A DNA stretch of 64,000 bases, from positions 1,687,767 to 1,751,766 of the forward strand of contig CAVSSP010000001.1 of assembly GCA_963730685.1 (NCBI GenBank), given 5' to 3'. The DNA is from an uncultured Acidimicrobiales bacterium. Lineage in GTDB: Bacteria > Actinomycetota > Acidimicrobiia > Acidimicrobiales > RAAP-2. The notes beneath the pieces were generated by a model. The model had not been told where the DNA came from. It searched no databases and saw only the letters and a list, made by a program, of their open reading frames with translations. How positions within the stretch are numbered: the first letter of the stretch is position 1; every line of letters begins with the position of its first letter. The position numbers and the translations under genes are program-made. Shown here one piece after another: positions 58,160 through 64,000 of this stretch.

Positions 58160-61100
58160 GTGTTCCTGAAGTCACTGTCCCTCAAAGGATTCAAGTCCTT
58201 CGCCGACCCTGCGGTGCTCGAATTCGAGCCCGGGATCACCGTCGTGGTCGGCCCCAACGGCAGCGGCAAGTCCAACGTGGTCGACGCGGTGGCCTGGGTG
58301 CTCGGGGCCCAGGGACCCAGGACGGTGCGGTCGGCGAAGATGGAGGACGTCATCTTCGTGGGCACCGCCAACCGGCCGGCGCTGGGCCGGGCCGAGGTGG
58401 CCCTCACCATCGACAACAGCGCCGGCAAGCTCGCCACCGACCTGGCCGAGATCACCATCACCCGGACGCTGTTCCGTTCCGGCGACAGCGAGTACTCGAT
58501 CAACGGGGCCCCCTGTCGGCTGCTGGACATCCAAGAGCTCCTGTCCGACACCGGTGTGGGTCGCCAGCAGCACGTCATCATCAGCCAGGGCAACCTGGAC
58601 GCCATCTTGGAGGCCCGGCCCGAGGACCGGCGGGCCGTCATCGAAGAGGCGGCCGGGGTCCTCAAGTACCGGCGCCGCCGCGAGCGGTCCGAGCGACGGC
58701 TGGCCTCGACCGAGGAGAACCTGGAGCGCCTGTTCGACCTGGTGCGAGAGGTGAAGCGGCAGATCCGACCCCTCGAACGCCAGGCGGCCGCGGCACGCTC
58801 GTATACCGGTCTGGCCGACGAGCTGCGGGCCGTCCGGCTCCACGTGGCCGGCTCCGAGCTCCAGGCCCTCGACGGCCGGCTGTCCTCGGGGGCCAAGGCA
58901 CAAGCCGAGCTCCGGACGACCGAGGAGCAGTTGCGGGGATCGCTGAGCCAGCTCGACGCCGACAGCGAGCGCACCGCCGACGAGATGTCGGCGCAACGGG
59001 AGTCGGACCTCGCCACCGCCCTGGGCCGCGCCGAGGGAATGGTGGAGCGGGCACGTGGTCTGTCCGGAGTGCTGCGCGAGCGCCAGCGGTCGCTGGCCCA
59101 GGCGCTCGACGCCGCCGCCGACGCCGACGTCGTGTCCACCCTGGAGGCCGAGGGGGCCAGGCTGACCGAGGAGTTGGGATCGGCCGCCGCCGATGCCGAA
59201 GGGCTCGCCCCCGAGCAGGACGGGATCCTCCAGCTGGAGGCGGCCACCGGCGCCGAGCTCGAGGCCCACCTCGCCGCGTGGGGCGACGGTGCCCTGCTCC
59301 GCCAGGCCGACGAGGCGGTGACGGTGGCCCAGGGTCAGCTGGCCTCCCTCGAGCATGCGCTCGAGCGGGACCGACGGTCGCTGGATCAGATGCGGGCCCG
59401 CCTGGCCACCACCGAGCGCCGCTCGGCGCTCATCGAGGGGGAGGACCACGAGCTGGGCGAGCGCCTGGCCGAGACGGAGCAGGCGCGCCACCAACTGCAG
59501 ACGGCCGTGGCCGAGACCGAGGCTGCTCACGTCCGCGCCACCCGGCGACTGGAGTCGGCCGAGGGGTCGCTGCGTCAGGCGGAACAGGAGCTGCACCGCT
59601 CGGTGGCCCGGGCCGACGCCCTCGAGCGCGCCCTCGACGAGGCCCGGGGGGCGGCAGGTGCCGAACTGCTGGCCGGGGTCGAAGGGGTGGTCGGGACCCT
59701 GCTCGACGTCGTCGAAGTGGATTCCGGGTGGGAGGATGCCTTCGAGGCGGCGGCCGGCGCGTCGATCGCCGCCGTCGTGGTCTCGGGTAGTCAGCCGGCG
59801 AAGGCCGCGCTCTCGAAGCTCCGCCAGGGCGGCGCCACCGGGGCCGTGCTGGCCCTCACCGACGGTGCGGTGGCCAGGTCGGCGGGCGGTCCGGGCGGTC
59901 CGGGCGGTCCCACGACCGACACGCCGGCGGGGACCGAGTCGATCCGGCGCCACGTGCGCCCCCGGCGTGGGGGCCGGGACCTCCCCGGGCTGGAGAGGGT
60001 GCTCGACACACTGCTGGCCGGCTCGTGCTGCACGCCGGGGGGATGGTCGGAGGCCATCGACCTGGCGCTGGCCCGCCCCGATCTGGTCGTGGTCACCAGG
60101 GACGGGGACCGGTTCTCGCCGACCGGCTGGAGGGTCCGGTCCGGCGGCGGAGTGGTCACGGCGGCAGTGGTCGAAGAGGCACGGGACCGGGCCGACGTGG
60201 CGGCGGTGGCGGCCACGGAGGCGGCGGGCGAGCGGGTCCTGGCCCAAGGGGAGGTCGAGTCGACCCGGGCGGCGGCCGCCGAGGCGGTGCGGGCCGACGA
60301 CCGCAACGAGGTCGAGCACCAGACGGCCCGTTCCGCTCGCCAGCGTGTGGCCAACGACCGCATGGCCCTGGCCGCCGAGTTGGAGGAGGTGCGCCGGAGC
60401 CTGGCCGAACTCGACGACCGGATCGACCGCGACACGGAGCGGGCGGTGCGGCTGCGCGACGAGCTCCCGGTGCTGGAGTCCGCCCGGGCGATGGCCTCCG
60501 AGCAGGCCGCCGCCGCCCGCGACGAACGGAAGCGGATCGACGAGCGAATCGCCGAGGCGGCCCACCGGCGGTCGGAGTGGGAGGCCCGGACGGCCGGCCT
60601 GGTCGAGCGGCGGCGGGTCCTGACCGAGCGCCTGCACGAGGTGGAGCGCCGGCTGACCGGCCACGCCGAGGAGCGGGCCGAGGCGGCCGAGCGGCGCAGA
60701 AGGCTGGAGGCGGATGCCACCGCCGTCGAACGGCTGTTGACCGTGGTGGCCTCGGCCCAGGGGGAGCTGGACTCGGCCCTGGCCCTGCTGCGGGAGCGGT
60801 ACCAGCACCAGCTCGAGGCGGTCCGGGCCGGCGGCGCCCGGCTGGAGGAGCTCCGGCGCCAGCGCTCGGCGAGCGAGCACACGCTGGCGGCGGCCCGGAG
60901 CCGACTCCAGAAGATCGAACTCGACCTGGTCGAGGCGACCATCCGCCGGGAGTCGGTGGTCGAGTCACTGCGACGGGAGCTGGCGGCGACCCCCGACGAC
61001 GCCGTCGGCTCGCCGCTTCCCGAGCTCGCCGAGGGCTCCGACCCGGCCAGCCGCATCGGGGAGCTCGAGGCGGAGCTGGCCGCCCTCGGTCCCGTCAACC

Positions 61101-61879
61101 CCCTGGCCCTCGAGGAGCTGGCCGAGCTCGGCGAGCGCCACCAGTTCCTCGAGTCCCAGGTGGAAGATGTCCGTACGGCCCGGCGCGAGCTCCACCACGT
61201 GATCCGGACGCTGGACGAGGAGATCATGCACGTCTTCGACGCCGCCTTCGCCGACGTCAACGAGCACTTCTCCTCGCTCGTCACCACGCTCTTCCCGGGC
61301 GGCACGGGCCGGCTGTCCCTCACCGATCCGGAAAACCTGCTCGACACCGGGGTCGAGGTCGAGGTGCGCCCGGCCGGCCGCAACGTCCGGCGCCTGTCCC
61401 TGCTCTCGGGGGGCGAGCGGTCGTTGGTGGCGCTGGCCTACCTGTTCGCCGTCTTCCGCAGCCGGCCGTCCCCCTTCTACCTGATGGACGAGGTGGAGGC
61501 CGCCTTGGACGACGTCAACCTGCAGCGGTTCCTCGGTCTGGTCCACGAGTTCCGCGGCGAGGCACAGCTCATCATCGTGAGCCACCAGAAACGGACCATG
61601 GAGGCGGCCGATGCCCTCTACGGGGTGACCATGGCTCCGGGGGGATCGTCGAGGGTGGTGAGCCAGAAGGTCGCCCGCCGTCCCGAGGAGGAGCCCGGCG
61701 CCCGGTCCGACCCCGGGGACGGTGTGTCCGAGGGGCGGCCCGCACCCGGCCTCCCCCCGGCCAACGGGAGCACGGCCCCGGTCGTCCACACCGCCGCCAC
61801 CCCGGACCCTGATGCCCCGCTCGGGCCGGCAGTCCCCGGAGCGCCCCGGGCCGACCCGGCCAGGGGGTCCGAGCGGTGA
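58160..61879 (+). CDS. smc: Chromosome partition protein SMC
   Basis: GPNGSGKSNVVDA Walker A, long coiled coils, hinge, LSGGERSLVALA, FYLMDEVEAALD. Confidence 0.95.
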   Translation: MFLKSLSLKGFKSFADPAVLEFEPGITVVVGPNGSGKSNVVDAVAWVLGAQGPRTVRSAKMEDVIFVGTANRPALGRAEVALTIDNSAGKLATDLAEITITRTLFRSGDSEYSINGAPCRLLDIQELLSDTGVGRQQHVIISQGNLDAILEARPEDRRAVIEEAAGVLKYRRRRERSERRLASTEENLERLFDLVREVKRQIRPLERQAAAARSYTGLADELRAVRLHVAGSELQALDGRLSSGAKAQAELRTTEEQLRGSLSQLDADSERTADEMSAQRESDLATALGRAEGMVERARGLSGVLRERQRSLAQALDAAADADVVSTLEAEGARLTEELGSAAADAEGLAPEQDGILQLEAATGAELEAHLAAWGDGALLRQADEAVTVAQGQLASLEHALERDRRSLDQMRARLATTERRSALIEGEDHELGERLAETEQARHQLQTAVAETEAAHVRATRRLESAEGSLRQAEQELHRSVARADALERALDEARGAAGAELLAGVEGVVGTLLDVVEVDSGWEDAFEAAAGASIAAVVVSGSQPAKAALSKLRQGGATGAVLALTDGAVARSAGGPGGPGGPTTDTPAGTESIRRHVRPRRGGRDLPGLERVLDTLLAGSCCTPGGWSEAIDLALARPDLVVVTRDGDRFSPTGWRVRSGGGVVTAAVVEEARDRADVAAVAATEAAGERVLAQGEVESTRAAAAEAVRADDRNEVEHQTARSARQRVANDRMALAAELEEVRRSLAELDDRIDRDTERAVRLRDELPVLESARAMASEQAAAARDERKRIDERIAEAAHRRSEWEARTAGLVERRRVLTERLHEVERRLTGHAEERAEAAERRRRLEADATAVERLLTVVASAQGELDSALALLRERYQHQLEAVRAGGARLEELRRQRSASEHTLAAARSRLQKIELDLVEATIRRESVVESLRRELAATPDDAVGSPLPELAEGSDPASRIGELEAELAALGPVNPLALEELAELGERHQFLESQVEDVRTARRELHHVIRTLDEEIMHVFDAAFADVNEHFSSLVTTLFPGGTGRLSLTDPENLLDTGVEVEVRPAGRNVRRLSLLSGGERSLVALAYLFAVFRSRPSPFYLMDEVEAALDDVNLQRFLGLVHEFRGEAQLIIVSHQKRTMEAADALYGVTMAPGGSSRVVSQKVARRPEEEPGARSDPGDGVSEGRPAPGLPPANGSTAPVVHTAATPDPDAPLGPAVPGAPRADPARGSER

Positions 61880-63132
61880 TCGGGGTCGTGACGGCGTCGG
61901 CAACGTCGGACGTGGTGATCGCCCTGTTCGTGGCGGTCCCGGTCGCCATCGTGGCCGGTGGCACGGCGCTCATCCTCCGGCTGCGGGGGAAGGGCCCGAA
62001 GGGCCGGGTGCCGTCCGGGGAGGTGGCCAGCGACGCCCCCACCGACGTCGAGCTGGACAGGAGTGCCGACGCCACCAGACGGGCGTCCCCCGCCCCGGAC
62101 GGGGGTGCGCCACCGGCCGCCGGCGGGATCGCACCGGTGGGAGTGGTGGTCGAACCGGAGCCCGGCCCGGAGCCAAGCCCGGCACCAGAGCCGGCTACCT
62201 ACCGCACGCGCCTCGGCAAGGCGCGCGGGCTCTTCTCCGGGTACCTGGGTGCCATCCGCTCCAAGGCCAGGGTGGACGCCTCCACGTGGGACGATCTCGA
62301 AGAGGCCCTGATCCGTGCCGATGTCGGGGTGGGGGCGACCGATGCCCTGCTCACCGATCTGCGGGCCAGGGTGGCGTCCGGCGAGATCGGAGGTCCCGAG
62401 GCGCTCGTGGACGCCCTCAGGGCGGACCTGGTGGCCATGCTGTCCACCACCGACGCCGGCCTGGCGCTCCCGTCCGAGGACGCCTCCGGGGGCATCTCCG
62501 ACGGCGCCTCCGGGGACGGCGATGCGCTCGTCGATGTGTGGCTGTTCGTGGGCGTGAACGGGGTGGGCAAGACCACCACGGTGGGAAAGGTGGCCAATCG
62601 GCTCTCGGCCTCGGGGGTCAAGGTGCTGTTGGCCGCCGGCGACACGTTCCGGGCGGCCGCCGGCGAGCAGTTGGCCATGTGGGCCTCGCGTGCCGATGCC
62701 GACATCGTGCGGGGGTCCGAGGGCGGGGATCCGAGCTCGGTGGTGTTCGACGCCGTGCAGCGGGCGGCCTCCCGGGGGCATGCCGTCGTCCTGGCCGACA
62801 CCGCCGGCCGGCTCCACAACAAGGTGAATCTCATCGAGGAGCTGAAGAAGATCCGGCGCATCGCCGACCGGCCGCCGGGTCATGTCGTCGAGGTCCTGTT
62901 GGTGCTCGACGCCACCACCGGGCAGAACGGTCTGGCGCAGGCCAAGGTGTTCCTCGAGGCGGTCGACGTCTCCGGGGTCGTGCTCACCAAGCTCGACGGC
63001 ACGGCCAAAGGCGGGATCGTGGTGGCCATCCAACGGGAGCTGGGGCTCCCGGTGAAGCTGGTCGGTCTGGGCGAGGGAGTGGACGACCTGGTCGACTTCG
63101 ACGCCGCCGCATTCGTCGACGCGCTGTTCTGA
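61876..63132 (+). CDS. ftsY: Signal recognition particle receptor FtsY
   Basis: N-terminal TM/acidic region, GVNGVGKTTT, DTAGRL, TKLDGTAKGG. GTGA overlap with smc. Confidence 0.95.
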   Translation: MIGVVTASATSDVVIALFVAVPVAIVAGGTALILRLRGKGPKGRVPSGEVASDAPTDVELDRSADATRRASPAPDGGAPPAAGGIAPVGVVVEPEPGPEPSPAPEPATYRTRLGKARGLFSGYLGAIRSKARVDASTWDDLEEALIRADVGVGATDALLTDLRARVASGEIGGPEALVDALRADLVAMLSTTDAGLALPSEDASGGISDGASGDGDALVDVWLFVGVNGVGKTTTVGKVANRLSASGVKVLLAAGDTFRAAAGEQLAMWASRADADIVRGSEGGDPSSVVFDAVQRAASRGHAVVLADTAGRLHNKVNLIEELKKIRRIADRPPGHVVEVLLVLDATTGQNGLAQAKVFLEAVDVSGVVLTKLDGTAKGGIVVAIQRELGLPVKLVGLGEGVDDLVDFDAAAFVDALF

Positions 63133-63159
63133 CCGCCCGTCCTGTAGCCTGAGGAACCC

Positions 63160-64000
63160 ATGTTCGAGAGCCTGTCCGACCGATTCGAGGGGATCCTCAG
63201 CCGACTCCGCGGCCGCGGCCGACTGAGTGAGGCCGATGTCGACGAGGTCCTGCGGGAGATCCGGACGGCGCTGCTCGAAGCCGACGTGGAGATCGGCGTG
63301 GTGCGCGGCTTCACCGAGGCGGTCCGGGTCCGTTGCGTCGGCTTGGAGCTGTCCCAGGCCCTGAGCCCCGGCCAGCAGGTCATCAAGATCGTCAACGAGG
63401 AGTTGGTGACGATCCTCGGCGGCGAGACGCTCAAGATCACCTACGCCGGTCGGCCTCCGACCGTGATCCTGCTGGCCGGACTGCAGGGTTCGGGCAAGAC
63501 CACCGCCTCGGCCAAGCTGGCCCGCTGGTTCAAGCAGCAGGGGCGCAACCCGCTGCTCGTCGGGGCGGACCTCCAACGGCCCGCCGCCGTGGAGCAGCTG
63601 CGCGTCCTGGGCGGCCAGGCCGGCATCACCGTGTTCAGCGAGCCCACCGACCCGGTCGCCGTGGCCGCCGCCGGGCTGGAGGAGGCCAAGCGCCTCGGAC
63701 GGGACGTCCTGATCGTGGACACCGCCGGCCGACTGGCCATCGACGAGGACCTGATGGTCGAGATCCGCGATATCGCCGGCGTGGTCGACCCGCACTACAC
63801 GTTCCTCGTCATCGACGCCATGACCGGGCAGGACGCCGTGGCCACCGCATCGGCGTTCCACGACGCCCTGACCCTCGACGGCGTGATCCTGACCAAGCTG
63901 GACGGAGACGCCCGTGGGGGTGCGGCGCTCTCGGTCAAAGAGGTGGTCGGCCGTCCCATCGCCTTCGCCTCGACGGGTGAGAAGCTGGACGACTTCGACC
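63160..64000 (+). CDS. ffh: Signal recognition particle protein Ffh, N-terminal 280 codons (runs off the right edge)
   Basis: Own translation: MFESLSDRFEGILSRLRG..., GLQGSGKTT, DTAGRL, TKLDGDARGG. Confidence 0.95.
   Translation, partial: MFESLSDRFEGILSRLRGRGRLSEADVDEVLREIRTALLEADVEIGVVRGFTEAVRVRCVGLELSQALSPGQQVIKIVNEELVTILGGETLKITYAGRPPTVILLAGLQGSGKTTASAKLARWFKQQGRNPLLVGADLQRPAAVEQLRVLGGQAGITVFSEPTDPVAVAAAGLEEAKRLGRDVLIVDTAGRLAIDEDLMVEIRDIAGVVDPHYTFLVIDAMTGQDAVATASAFHDALTLDGVILTKLDGDARGGAALSVKEVVGRPIAFASTGEKLDDFD

Overview
High-GC (~70%) actinobacterial chromosome segment. The gene content (FabZ, PlsX, GTP-dependent PEPCK, Kgd-type 2-oxoglutarate dehydrogenase, trHbO, DUF222-HNH) suggests an Acidimicrobiia-like member of the Actinomycetota, but this is inference only. 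I support about 55 protein genes. I found no rRNA, tRNA or CRISPR array. The left 26 kb is mixed metabolism and repair: GH38 mannosidase, acyl-CoA ligase, rnhB, ACAD, hup, queDCE, kgd, M20 peptidase, an NYN-S1 protein, fabZ, xthA, a UvrD-like helicase, a hydrolase/MurF-like/ddl/PH operon and galK. The right 38 kb carries a conserved backbone (rpmB; yloV-recG-rsmD-coaD; yceD-rpmF-plsX ... acpP-rnc-mutM-smc-ftsY-ffh). That backbone is interrupted between plsX and acpP by an ~11 kb accessory block. Main second-look items: (1) a tightly packed operon of circularly permuted ATP-grasp / alpha-E / transglutaminase genes, present as both split and fused copies and biochemically uncharacterised, with a previously unlisted 62-codon ORF immediately upstream that could be a substrate or precursor peptide; (2) a membrane-anchored MurF paralogue coupled to a hydrolase, a Ddl and a bPH-domain protein; (3) a ~100-bp AT-rich element (GTTATTTGGAAAAAC followed by C-rich heptamer repeats) present twice, once as an in-frame insertion in thiL; (4) five phased 11-bp direct repeats just upstream of an OmpR-type two-component operon; (5) pervasive in-frame 9-15 bp coding microsatellites; (6) about 16 apparent frameshifts, all within the first 26.3 kb (kgd, queE, galK, helicase, NYN-S1, M20 peptidase, GH38) and mostly at short G/C runs. 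These are more likely indel errors than true pseudogenes, but the uneven distribution needs checking.
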